Below, piece after piece: positions 12,636 through 25,510 of a stretch of 64,000 bases of DNA. A program made the translations under genes and the position numbers. The notes beneath the pieces are model-generated. The model saw only the letters and a program-made list of their open reading frames with translations. It ran no database searches and was not told the origin of the DNA. How positions within the stretch are numbered: position 1 is the stretch's first letter; the number at the start of each line of letters is the position of its first letter. The stretch comes from Octopus vulgaris (lineage: Eukaryota). The DNA is taken from assembly GCA_951406725.2 (NCBI GenBank), contig OX597818.1, positions 45,880,001-45,944,000 on the forward strand, written 5' to 3'.

Positions 12636-14149
12636 TCTAAGAGGAAGAAGGAAATTTCTAAAGGCAATTGTTATTTGATATCTGTTTTCTCCATCTGAAA
12701 GGAAGAGTTAACAGTGAAATCATTTCATGACTGTCATGGGAATCAGACACGTGATTGAATGTTTTCACCTGAGTTCCTCCACCACCGTGCAATAAATGCT
12801 AATCCTCTTTTAAGATAACATTATGTTTTGATTATATATGTTGCTAGGGACAAGTTAATGGTGCATATTATCTGAATTGATATCACGTGATTTGTTTGGT
12901 AAATAATTAATTCTCAGGTTTGTGTTAAGCAAGAGATCTGTTCTCCAAGCATTTTCAACAAACACTTTTTTTAGCAAAAGTTTACTAGTATAATTAGGGC
13001 AATCTAAAAACAAGTATTTTCATGTTATAACAGATTTTCTTCCTCTGTTTGCATAGGTAATATCTGCTTACATAGGTAAAGTAAGTTACAACTATGTGAC
13101 AGTTCAATTGCTCAGTTTTCTTCATTATATACTAAGCTATATGTTCTAAAGCCTCTTAACATTTTATGGCCAAATTCACATAATTGTAAATATATTCCAT
13201 ATATTCACTACAGAAAGTGGTGGAGCACTTCTTAATCAATGAAAGTATCATTAGATGACAAAAGATGATCATCTTTATGTAAACTTGAGATAAGGATAAA
13301 TCTTCAGTGGTTCTTAATAACCTACTGTTTTATAAGATATGCTAATTCAATTGTAGGATTATTTAGAAAATCTATAATCACAGTATGATTCCAGCAATTC
13401 AATCAGCCACCATACTAATTATTATTAGTTTCTTTGGCATACCAAATCAATACCCAGGATAATTCAAACCCAGAATCTACATCTAGTTTCTTTATTATTA
13501 TTTTAACACTATACATTGTTTTAACACATATTCTATAATCTATTAATATTTTACTGTTTCCAACATCTGCAAGTAAATAAAATCTTCGTTACATACTGAG
13601 ATATACTGTGATTAGAAACTGGAGCTAAGGAGTTAATTATCTCAAAAAAAGATTTTTTTAAAATTATTTTTTTCCTTGTTTTATTACCAAACATACAATC
13701 ATAAATTTATTATATTTTTAATGGCTTAGACAGATGAGGAAGGTAGTAGCCTCTGAAACTAGTGCGAGAAAATAAGAAAGTTATCCTCAGACTGGAAATC
13801 AAACTTGAATATCTGCAACAGAGATGATAAAGGATTCAAGGACCAGGTAATGGCTTTAAATCAAGAAGAGGTACACTTTTTCTAACAGACCTCCATGAAG
13901 TTTCCACCAATTTAATTTCATTTGCGAAGCTTGGGTTGACTCAAGGTTATGGTAGAAGACCCTGGAAGACACTTCCGTAAGAGGCAGCAGTGTAGCACTA
14001 AACTACATGAGTGTAAAGTGATCTTTTTAGCCACACAACCATCCTTCCACCTGTGATTATATTCAATGAAATAACAGCTGCCAGGTGTTCAAATTACATC
14101 CTTAAGGCAAAATGGCCATGGCTGAAATACTGCTGTTCATAGATCTGTT

Positions 14150-14390
14150 TGACCAGGATTGACCAAGAATTATACAACAACTAAGACAATGGAGAAGGAC
14201 ATCATGTTCAGAATGGTCAGTGGCAAGAGAGGAAGAGGCCAACCAAGAACCTGCTGGCTTGACACCATCAAGAGTGATACCAGAATGGACATAGCCAATC
14301 TGAAAGAAGTGGCCCAGGATAGAACTGACTGGAGGACACTGATCCAACGACTGAGCGAGAGTCGACTTCGACTGAGCAGATAGAGACAGA
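14150..14390 (+). pseudogene. RTE LINE ORF C-terminal fragment
   Basis: MVSGKRGRGQPRTCWLDTIK...VAQDRTDWR is the typical RTE C-terminus (GxRxRGRP..W..DR..WR). Confidence 0.8.
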
Positions 14391-15089
14391 AAAGACAATA
14401 TTTAAATATTGATCTTCAGACCAATCCATCTGTATTGAAAGTGACCACACCCTGATACAAAAGCAGGGAGAAACTTCCTATTAAACAGAATATTTCTATA
14501 TAACCACAGCTGAATTTTTTCTTATTTAATTTTTATTCAAATTTTTGTCAACACTCATTATGTCCAACCTAAAACTATTTACCCGGGACTTATAACCACA
14601 AACTCTAAAGATACCAACATCCTCCTTTTAAATGTTTGTTGCTAATCAGCCCTATACCTTTCCATCTTCATCATCACCTTTCCACCATCACTTTGCAGTC
14701 ATGTACACCTCCTCAGTCATTTTATCTGTCACTGCTCCACTTCCACCCCTTCATCTGCTCACCCGCTCCACTCTTCTGTTCATATGCTCTAAGCAACAAC
14801 ATCAGACATTCTCACCATCTTGTTTCCTCTCTCTGCAAGCTTGAATTCCCCTATAATATAGTTTTGAATATCAATCATCTTAACTAATAGTTCTTAGATT
14901 TTCATACCAATACCAAAGTACAGAAACTCCACCAATTTGCTGGTCAGTCTCTTGTGATTCTCAACTAACAAACTAACAAACAAAGACAGACCATTAATGG
15001 TTTAGCACATAAATTTCAATGGGAAAGAAGTATGTTAAATTCATTTCCACATCAAAACTTTGTCCCCACCACTACATACTAGTTCATCT

Positions 15090-15535
15090 CCTCCTTTCTA
15101 CTTATGCCCACAACTAAAGGCCTCATCCTCAAAATATCCCAAATTCCCTTTTGCAGTTCCTTCAAAAAATTGCAAGCCCAACAATCTTGGACACTCTTGT
15201 GGTTACCACTTGTAGCAGTCCCACTGAACTAATCTCAGATCTATTTCAGTCAGCTTGTGTTCCCTTTTGTTGCTGCTCTCCATTCTTACATCAAAGACAT
15301 CAACCATCTTCTGTAACTCTTCAAATATTTTTCCTTCTTTCCTGGATGCTTGAAACTGTCCACTGAGTGATAGAGTAATTACACTGATGACTGCATTAAT
15401 GCCACCTTACTCATCCTAGTAAGTACCTACTCACCCATTACATATCTTTCTGAATACTTTTTACTTCACATTGGAAATCCTCTCCACCATCTCTACAATC
15501 GCCATCAACTTCCTAGATATTTCTGTCTTTATCAA
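15090..15535 (+). pseudogene. Highly decayed Penelope-like RT fragment
   Basis: VVTTCSSPTELISDL resembles PLE RPIVSxCxxPTExIS; FTLEI...INFLDISV resembles the PLE FLD motif. Frameshifted. Confidence 0.45.
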
Positions 15536-17254
15536 CACACCCCAGCAACTATTATGAACAAATTTATTGACTTCAGAAAGGCTTCAACAATATTTAACAA
15601 AAACCTCTTTGGAACATGAGCCAGACAACTTAACTATACTGTACTTAGCGAAAAGTACCTTCCAGGATATAATGTGGATAGCTTACATATGCCAGGCTCT
15701 CCATCGGTTACAATGACAAGGGTTCCAGTTGATACAATTAATGAAACAGCCTGCTTGTGAAATTAACGTCAGCGCTGCCTAGACTGGCTTCCGTGCCGGT
15801 GGCATGTAAAAAGCACTCACTACACTGACAGAGTGGTTGGCGTTAGGAAGGGCATCCAGCTGTAGAAACACTGCCAGATCAGACTGGAGCCTGGTGCAGC
15901 CTTCTGGCTTCTCAGATCCCCGGTCGAACCATCCAACCCATGCTAGCATGGAGAACGAACGTTAAACGATGATGATGATGTGGCTGAGCACTCCACAGAT
16001 GTGTACCCTTAATGTAGCTCTCAGGGAAATTCAGTGTTACACAGAATGGGATAAGATTGGCCCTTTGAATTACAAGTACAGCTCATTTCTGCCAGCTGAG
16101 TGGACTGGAGCAATGTGAAATAAAGTGTCTTGCTCAGGGACACAATGTCACCGGGAGTTGAACTCATAACCTTATGATTGTGAGCCATGCCAAAGGTAGA
16201 ACATATGGGAAAGATGTGGTCTTCCGAGTCTGAAAAAACTGTGACGACTCATACAATCCATATCAGGTTGGAAAACAGATGTAAAGTGCTGATGGTTTGA
16301 GGTTACCTCAAACAACATAAATAGTCCACTAGAATGAACAATTCCGTCTTCTCTGCCTAGTATTCCTGAGAGGGTCCAAGAGGTAGAGTCCTCAGGCACC
16401 TCTTTCATAAGGTGTATAGCGGCACAAGCAGTCAGTGCCATATTGGATGAGATCTTGCGGCAGCCATTGCAATCTCCGAGACTGGAGTGAGACCTCACTT
16501 GCATCCATTTACCATGCACGAGATCACAAAGAGGCTTGCGACGGCAAACTGTATATAAGGGCAAGACAGAAACAGATTCAGCTTTTTTTTTCTGCCTCTT
16601 AGCAGCAGCGCTTGCTGATTGCACTCCACTGGTTGGGCTTGTCTGTATGTTGTACCTCCAGAGGCAATGTGCCCGCACTAACGGAGCTACTGCACAATGC
16701 ACACAGCTAAAAATGGTTGCTGAGAGCAGCACACTTCACCTATCTTGTGAAACCTGTAAATAAACCAGTTGTAAATTGCATTTGCACTTGAAGTCTTCAC
16801 TCTTTGCCTGCCGGAGCCTGAACCACCCGAAGAACAAAAAGAGATAATGGAGGAAGGTGATATTCTCCTGATATCGCAAACCTTGCCATCCATTATAGGT
16901 GCAATCAAAAGTAACTACCAATGCACTTTCCTACTAGATTCCCAATCATGACCATCTGAGATTATGGATATTATTCATCCATTGTCTACCCCTGGGTTGT
17001 TTCAAAGAATCCGTCTTACCATTCTTTCCTGCTGTATTCCAATCACCTGTCTGCAATGTAAGAGCTGTGATCTCTCAATTGGTAGAAGTAGTAGCTTGAC
17101 CTGGAGAGACTCCTTGATCTCCAAGCTGAACACTCTGTCAAGTAACATTAACTCCAGAAATCCTTCAGAGGAACCTCATCTTGCTAGCTTTTATTTGCAA
17201 TCATACTCATTCAGTAATTTCCCAATATTTATGACAAAAGATAAGGATAGACAG

Positions 17255-17669
17255 TGCAGGAGTGGCTGAGAGATAAGTAGCTTGTTTACCAACCACATGG
17301 TTCCGGGTTCAGTCCCACTGCGTGGTACCTTGGGCAAGTGTCTTCTACTATAGCCTCGGGCCGATCAAAGCCTTCTGAGTGGATTTGGTAGACGGAAACT
17401 GAAAGAAGCCCGTCGTATATATGTATATGTATATATATATATATGAGTGCATGTATGTTTGTGTGTCTGTGTTTGTCCCCCTAGCATTGCTTGACAACCG
17501 ATGCTGGTGTGTTTATGTCCCCAACACTTAGCGGTTTGGCAAAAGAGACCGATAGAATAAGTACTGGGCTTACAAAGAATAAGTCCCGGGGTCGAGTTGC
17601 TCAATTAAAGGCAATGCTCCAGCATGGCCACAGTCAAATGACTGAAACAAGTAAAAGAGTAAAAGAGTA
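17255..17669 (+). mobile_element. tRNA-derived SINE, family A (CORE-like centre, internal TA/GT microsatellite)
   Basis: A/B-box-like head (GAGTGGCTG...GGTTCAGTCC), ACCTTGGGCAAGT CORE-like motif and tail GTCAAATGACTGAAACAAGTAAAAGA. Many copies: 19662-20068(+), 22863-23322(-), 25791-26184(-), 26538-26945(+), 31680-32248(-), 38700-39062(-), 53412-53790(+), 53810-54207(+) and others. Confidence 0.85.
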
Positions 17670-17739
17670 TAGACATGGAAACGAATTCAAAATAGTGATA
17701 GGTTAAAGTATGATAGATTAATTTAAAATTTTGACCTAC

Positions 17740-18025
17740 CTTTACTTTTTATGTTATGTGTTCTTTGCAACCAGTCCATAATATCATTTTCAAAAGAATT
17801 ACTTGGTGCATAAACAACACTCCTGTTTACCACTTCTTGTATCTCACATGGCTTCCATGTTGTAATTTGCTCATAGTTCTCTGAATCAATAATTTTTCGA
17901 ATTCCCATGAGTAATGCCATGAAAACACATGGCAAAAGAATTTCCGCTAGGGATAATATATATTTTCGCTTGATTACAATCCAGTTCTTCCATAAAACTA
18001 GAAATATGTTATGCAGTTTTGACAT
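17740..18025 (-). CDS. ABCA3: First coding exon of an ABCA-subfamily lipid transporter (ABCA3-like)
   Basis: MSKLHNIFLVLWKNWIVIKRKYILSLAEILLPCVFMALLMGIR...VVYAPSN matches the ABCA N-terminal LLWKN..KR..ELLLP + TM1 + YxP signature. Acceptor TTTTCTCTCTTACACAG ends at 18069 (exon starts 18068 with 5' UTR), ATG is at 18025, and the donor G|GTAGGT follows 17740 (phase 1). ABCA family is confident; exact orthology to ABCA3 is less so. No downstream exon was recognised in the window. Confidence 0.85.
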
Positions 18026-19826
18026 AATGGGAAAGTTTAGCAGACCTCTTTTCACTTCAAGTCAGACACTGTGTAAGAGAGAAAATAAAAAGAAACAATT
18101 ACAAATCTAGTGCAAGGAAAGCTGCTCACATCAGTTCTTTTAAGAAATAGTTTTAACATATTTATCATTTTCATAATTCAATGTCCACTTTTTCCACACT
18201 TGCATGGGTCAGATGGAATTTGTTGAAGCAGATTTTCTACAACCAGATGCCCTCACTGCTGCAAACAGCCATGTGTTTCAAAGAAAGGTAATATTTCCCC
18301 CAAAGCTTTTCATGGAAAACTAGAAACAAACAACTTTGCTTATATGACAGTGATGTTCATTTATAATTACATGATGTCTAGACAAGCACACACACACACG
18401 GTAAACTATTTTTTAGTCTACCTTAATCAAATCCAGTCACAGGACTTTGGTCAGCCCCAGGCTATTGTGGAAGATATTGTCCAAGGTGCAGTGCAGTGGT
18501 ACGGAACTCAAGACCACATGGTTGGGAAGCATGCTTCTTGACCACATGGTATGGCTGTGCCTATTACAAAGTAGTAAATCATAAACAGAATAAATATTGG
18601 TATCAATTTAAAGGCAACTAACACACTTGAGAATAAATTTTATAAATATTAGGGAAACGTGTTTAGATGCTGAAAAGACTCATTAAAAAAAAAGGTGAAA
18701 TTTACAGTCTTTATTTATAGAATCTAGTATGGTGTTCATAAATTCTGTTGGGAACAACTTGTCCTTTCATCTCTCCACAAACAAGAAAATATATAGTAAT
18801 AATGTGCTAAGTTTTAAGTAAATGAACTACTATTTTTAATGATAAATAAGTTATTGATTTTACAAATCTCAGAGGTCCATTGGGCTGGTACTTAATTCCA
18901 GCTTCTGTAGTACTAAGCAAATTAAGTCACTTACAAGTACTACTGGTAATATGTAGTCTAGTACAACTTGTCTCATGGTCAGGTTGTTAGTGGCTAAACC
19001 AGTTCCCCCACCAAACCTGCTTCATGAAGAGTTCTGGAACCCCCAAAGGACAAAAACAATACCTGTCAAATGGATAGATGAACCCAATATAAGGTCAAGT
19101 TAGTAACCATCTTGCAGTAATGTATGGACTTAGAAATCTAGGTCTGTGCCCAGCATGCTGTGAGTCAACTGAAAGTGAGGCAGCCTTTAGAAATTGTTAA
19201 AGCACGTCTCTAGAAGGAACCACAGTTTTCACAGCCACACTAGTGACATATATCCGCTGACCAAAAAACACCCTCTGCCTACCTACGTTCTTTTTGTGAA
19301 CCACTAAAAAACAGTTTTATGACCTGAAACTGACACACCTAAATGCACACAGGTGCATTGTAATACACCTGTTTACAAAGTTCAATATGCATGAATAGAT
19401 TCTGGACAATAACATAGGCTCAAATTTAATTCAGAAAAATTTCTCCACAACATCAATCCATCACAACATACCCTGCAACCTAATTACCATTCAACTGAAC
19501 CCCAAGTACTTGAGAAATTTTTTTTATCTTAACAGAATATGTAAAAAGCCAAAGTTAAAATAAATGCATCACAGGCTGATGATGACTTAGCTAGCTGAAA
19601 CTTCAGAGTCACCAACAATATTATTCTTGTTAAAGAATAATAAATATATAATAATAAAATAGGCGCAGGAGTGGCTGTGTGGTAAGTAGCTTGTTTACGA
19701 ACCACATGGTTCCTGGTTCAGTCCCACTGTGTGGTACCTTGGGCAAGTGTCTTCTACTATAGCCTCGGGCCAACCAAAGCCTTGTGAGTGGATTTGGTAG
19801 ACGGAAACTGAAAGAAGCCCGTCGTA

Positions 19827-19859
<33 letters not shown>

Positions 19860-20524
19860 GCGTTTGTGTGTCTGTGTTTGTCCCCCTAGCATTGCTTGAC
19901 AACCGATGCTGGTGTGTTTACGTCCCCGTCACTTAGTGGTTCGGCAAAAGAGACCGATAGAATAATTACTGGGCTTACAAAGAATAAGTCCCAGGGTCGA
20001 TTTGCTCGACTAAAGGCGGTGCTCCAGCATGGCCGCAGTCAAATGACTGAAACAAGTAAAAGAGTAAAGTTGCCAGTAGGTGGCTATGTTAATTGAACCC
20101 AATAACCCTCAGATACATGCTGATTGCTCTACCATTAAGCTAAATACATATATATATATATATAAAGTGCAGGTGTGGCTGTGTGGTAAAATACTTGCTT
20201 CCCAACCATATGGTTCCGGGTTCAGTCCCACTACATGGCACCTTAGGCAAACCCTATTCAAAACATATACCAATTTGAGCCATGAAGCACTAAGTCCACT
20301 CTGATGAGTGGTTGGTATTATAAAAGGCATCCAACTGTAAAAATCCTGCCAAAACAGTTACAGAAGTCTAGCACAGGCTTCTGCCTGGCCAGTTCTTATC
20401 AAACTGTCCCACCCATGCCAGCATGGAAAGCGGATGATAATGATGATCTTGAACTCCCTATAAAAATAGGGCAAGCTTCCTTATGAAGAATTCGACTATT
20501 TCTTGACCCTACACCTTAGATCCA

Positions 20525-20835
20525 TCATGATGTCTGATGTGGTTTTTTAAACCGGACAATGTTTTGAAAAGACATCCACATAGATTTGCATATCTGATTT
20601 GGACCACCAAGAGCTGCAGTTAAATTCTGATCTTTGTGGATCTTAAAATGTCTTTTGAGGCCTCTGTTAGATTTGCAGATCGTATGATATACATGGCATT
20701 GAAAGGTGTACACAGATATATAGGCAGAATAGTTGGTGGAGGTTTGTTTTCCATGGATCCACAAATGAGATTTCAACCCAGCAAAAGAAAGGCTTGGCCT
20801 GTCACAAACTGTGAACAAAAAAGGTCATTGTGATT
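20525..20835 (-). pseudogene. LINE C-terminal C2H2 zinc-finger fragment (RTE-like)
   Basis: VCDRPSLSFAGLKSHLWIH and CHVYHTICKSNRGLKRHFKIH are degenerate C2H2 fingers; no splice context. Confidence 0.5.
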
Positions 20836-22349
20836 CAACTTCTCTATTGTAACATCCTTCTTTAAATATCTCTTGAGTATTGCATGTACTATCCTGACCT
20901 CTTCAACACTTTCACTCTACTTTCAAATACTTTCACTCCATTCCCTTTCTATCTTGCTGTCTCCCACTCTCTCTCTCCCCTTCACCTGCACTTCCCTCAG
21001 GTTGGGTAACCATGTATTTCCTTTGCAGCAGCACACCTGTTTTTGTCTTCATTCCTGACATTTCTCTCTCTCCAGCCAGGTAACCTTATACCTACTCAAT
21101 AGCAAGACACCCGTTTCTGTCTCTCTGTCTCACTATAACGTTTCATCTTCCAACACAAGATCACCCTCCTCAATGCCACCTCCCCTCTTGAAAGGTTCTT
21201 TTTTTCCCTGGTTAGGGCAACGGACTCGCGGTTTCGATTCCCAGACAGGGCGTTGTGTGTGTTTACTGAGCGAAAACAACTAAAAGCTCCACGAGGCTTA
21301 GCAGGGGGAGGTGGCGACCACTGTTGTAATCTTTCGCCCCAACTTTCTCTCACTCTCTCTTCCTGTTTCTTGAGTAATGCTGCAATGGACTGGCGTCCAG
21401 TCCAGCTGGGAGGAACACATATGTCACAGAAACCAGGAAGCCGGGCCCTTGAGCCTGGCTATGCTTGAAAAGGGCGACGTTAATCGTTTTATATATATAT
21501 ATATATATATATCCTTTCACTTTTATAAAAAGATTAAAGAAGTATGGAAGATCTTACACACACACACATGTTTGTGTGTGTGTATGTGTGTAAGATCTTC
21601 CATATTTCTTTAATCTTTCCACCTGCACGGTGACCCAGTCATGAAATAGGTTTTGGAAGCTGTCATTTTAGTTTGCATGTAAATAAATGTTTATGTTAAT
21701 TTAAAAAATTTTCCAAAGTCATTGTATGTACATAGTTTTTTTGTATGTAGGGTATTCCATACTTTTTAAATTTATATCCATTGTATGTTGGCATTAGAGA
21801 ATATTTTTGACTGTGATTAAATTGACTAGGAACACTGTGCGCAATGAATATCCAATACCAAGCAATCATAATCTCCATATTTAAGCTGCAGTAAACTTTG
21901 GAAAGCTTACCTTTACCTATTCTGAGTTACTTTGAAGGTGATGCTCCATTTCCTCTCTTCTATTTGTAAATTTCTTTGTTTATCTACCAACTTGTTGTTT
22001 CACTTTAACCCTTTCATTACCAACCTGGCCAAAACCGACTCTGGCTCTGTAGTACAAATGTCTTGTTTTCATAAGTTTTGAATTAAAATCTTCCACCAAA
22101 CCTTAGTCGCAATTTATGTTCCTAACACTAGCTTAATGATAACTAAGTTATTTTACTAAATTCTTTGTTATATTTAAAATTAATTGAAAGAAACACAGAG
22201 CATCACAAAATAAATACAGTGATGAAAGAGTTGCTTAATTTACCCATCTGTTATGGTATTTTGACCATTGTCCATTATTTCAAATATGTTGAGGTTCTAG
22301 CCCTTTTTAAACAATCACAGGTGATTCATCCCAAAGTATCAACCTTTAA

Positions 22350-22568
22350 CCCTTTAGTATTTAAACTGGCCATATCTGGCCAAAATAGCTAGTCTGTTTT
22401 ATGTTCAAACTGACCAGATCCAGGCTCTCACACCTACCCTACAATGTTATTCTACATTAAGTAATCACACCATCAAGATCTTGAAGATATGAGATAATGC
22501 ATGATTAATTCAAATCAATGGGAATCAATAGGCATTATGTTTGATTGAATAATCTGAACACTAAAGGG
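22350..22568. mobile_element. piggyBac-like MITE (family 2)
   Basis: TTAA|CCCTTTAG...CTAAAGGG|TTAA; a second copy in the opposite orientation at 54441-54661. Confidence 0.75.
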
Positions 22569-23088
22569 TTAAATAAGAGTTTTGCTACCACTTGTAAAAG
22601 CTAAATGTATCTTTCAGAAAGCTCCATCCCAATTTTACTTTATGCAGTATTTGCTGTTACTTTATGGGCAGGCTATGTGGGAAGAGAGAATAATGGGGCT
22701 TTTGTTAGTTTATAATAGAATTGACAATCACTTAGTATACTAAAACCCATTTTCCTTTTCCTGATAATACAAGCATACCATCCAAAAAGAGAGCATGCAC
22801 TGGCAAGGCAACAGCACTGGCAGGCTAAGGAAACTGAGGACCAGAGGTTCCCGTAGACTCACTTTTACTCTTATAACTCTTTTAGTTGTTTCAGTCATTT
22901 GACTGTGGCCATGCTGGAGCACCACCTTTAGTCAAGCAAATCGGCCCCAGGACTTATTCTTTGTAAGCCTAGTACTTATTCTATCGGTCTCTTTTGCCGA
23001 ACCGCTAAGTTACGGGGACGTAAACACACCAGCATCGGTTGTCAAGCGATGTTGGGGGGACAAACACAGACTCACAAACATATACACA

Positions 23089-23154
<66 letters not shown>

Positions 23155-23323
23155 CATATATACGACAGGCTTCTTTCAGTTTCCATCTACCAAATCCACT
23201 CACAAGGCTTTGGTTGGCCCGAGGCTATAGTAGAAGACACTTGCCCAAGGTGACACGCAGTGGGACCTGAACCTGGAACCATGTGGTTGGTAAGCAAACT
23301 ACTTACCACACAACCACTCCTAT

Positions 23324-23970
23324 TGAAAAGAGCTGCCACTGCTAGAGCTGCAAGTACACCGGAGCAGCGGGAAACCTATTGAGTGCAAGCTGCTGACGCA
23401 AGGGCCACAGATGCCTCACAAAAGCGTGCTATTCGTCAGGCATGCAACACTGCATCCACTTTTGCAGTGAGGTTGGCAGATGATGATAACCATTGGATGA
23501 TGAGACTTCAGTCTAATGGTCACCGGAAGGTTCTTTCCCATGGTTATTGGAAGCCACTGAGTAGTCGATGGGCATCATAGGTGCTCAACTATGATCCTGC
23601 TGAGGATGACGCCACTCATCGAAAGACTGTTACAGGAGATATGTCTGTAATATGTCCATTTTGCAAGGCCCTGAAGCGGGTTGGAGAATTCAGTAGCCTA
23701 TGCTGCTCAAACAGTAAGGTTCACTTGCATGACTTACAAAACATTCCTCAGCTTTTCCTCTCTTTACTTCTAGGTCAACACCCTGATTCACAGCAATTGA
23801 TACAGAAAATTTGCGCTTATAACTGTCTTCCTGATGACAAGTTTTCGTCACCAACCCATTCGTGAAGACTCCTATATACAAAAGTTCAAAATTCATGGCT
23901 AAACCTATCATCAGATAGGCTCTATTCTTCCTGTCAACAACACTGAACACTGATTCCTTCAAATTTACTA
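23324..23970 (+). pseudogene. Helitron Rep/Hel N-terminal fragment
   Basis: GDMSVICPFCKALK...LCCSNSKV...LLGQHPDSQQLIQKICAYNC, followed after a frameshift by FKIHG*TYHQIGSILP, matches the Helitron CxxC...CC zinc-finger and YN..F/GxxYH region. Confidence 0.8.
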
Positions 23971-24207
23971 GTTTATTTTGTCTTTTTGTCTTCTCTCCTG
24001 GTGCTGTATGAACATTTAATATGGTTTTAGAGTCAGGTTTTGGCTGCTATTTCCAGCGTGGCAGTATCTCTTAGATACCCTAGATTATAATAATTTTATC
24101 TTTAATAATTATTATCTTTGAAGTTTTTTATTCCCATGCTGGCCACTTGATAAGATTGATATTTAAACTAATAATCTTATCTTTATTTATTTAAATATAT
24201 GTATGTA

Positions 24208-24699
24208 TTAGCAGTATCGCCCGGCGTTGCTTGGGTTTGTAAGGGAAATAACTATATAAGCATTTTTAGTGAGTTATAGCAAAAAATGCATTAAAAATGG
24301 AATAAAAAGTGATGGTAATTTTTTTTTTAAATCGTTGACTCATCGTAGACATTTTTAGAGAGTTACTTCCCTTATATAATAGCGAAAAATGCATTAAAAT
24401 GGAATAAAAAATGATGGTAATTTTTTTTTAATCGTTGACTCATAGTAGACATTTTTAGAGAGTTACTTCCCTTATATAATAGCGAAAAATGCATTAAAAT
24501 GGAATAAAAAATTATGGTAAATTTTTTTTAAAATCGTAGACTCATTGTAGACGCGCGCTAATACCCAGAAGGGCTCGATATGAATCACGACTATAAGATA
24601 TCCGCTTTTGGTTAAACTGCACCGCAAAATGTGGGAGTAGTTAAGAATCTAAATCGAAGGGGACAGACACTCACACAACTACAGTTTTATATATATAGA
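24208..24699 (-). mobile_element. Non-autonomous Helitron
   Basis: Minus strand reads A|TCTATATATATAAAA...CCCAAGCAACGCCGGGCGATACTGCTAA|T: 5' TC, 3' CTRR, subterminal hairpin, A/T insertion site. Contains ~100-bp internal tandem repeats. Confidence 0.75.
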
Positions 24700-25149
24700 T
24701 ATATAGCATAATTAAATCTCAGAATGAGATTGAAACAGTAATCGCTCGATAATGTCAAGTATAGAAGCCATCTTATCATGGCTAACCACATTGGGGAGGG
24801 GATCTCTTGAGGCTATAAAGCTACAGTAACACCCGCTCCCCAATTTGGTTAGCCATGATAAGATGGCTTCTATACTTTACAATATGTATATATATATACA
24901 TATTGTAAAGTATAGAAGCCATCTTATCATGGCTAACCACATTGGGGAGGGGGTGTTACTGTAGCTTTATAGCCCCAATGTGGTTAGCCATGATAAGATG
25001 GCTTCTATACTTTACATTATCGAGCAATATGGTATCCTTATTTAATCAGAATTTGGAAAATTGTGGCTTTTGAAACATGTGTAGAATGCAATAAAAGGAA
25101 TTCTGTTCAATCTTCGTTCAACTCCATTTCTTCAATTCACTAATAATAT

Positions 25150-25510
<361 letters not shown>

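Noticed and set aside
12624-12694. Possible next ABCA exon after a TTTCAG acceptor
   Set aside because: The phase-compatible frame (DGENRYQITIAF...) has no ABCA resemblance and stops within an RTE fragment; no good donor.
13725-13770. CAGATGA-GGAAGG...CCTCT-GAAAC-TA-GTG hammerhead-like remnant
   Set aside because: Core U4 is altered, the cleavage triplet ends in G and helix I is unconvincing.
16172-17200. 186-aa minus-strand ORF and GC-richer surroundings
   Set aside because: No confident motif; it may be a very old retroelement remnant but I cannot assign it.
19574-19615. CTGATGA...GAAAC...GTC hammerhead-like spacing
   Set aside because: Neither helix I nor helix II can pair.
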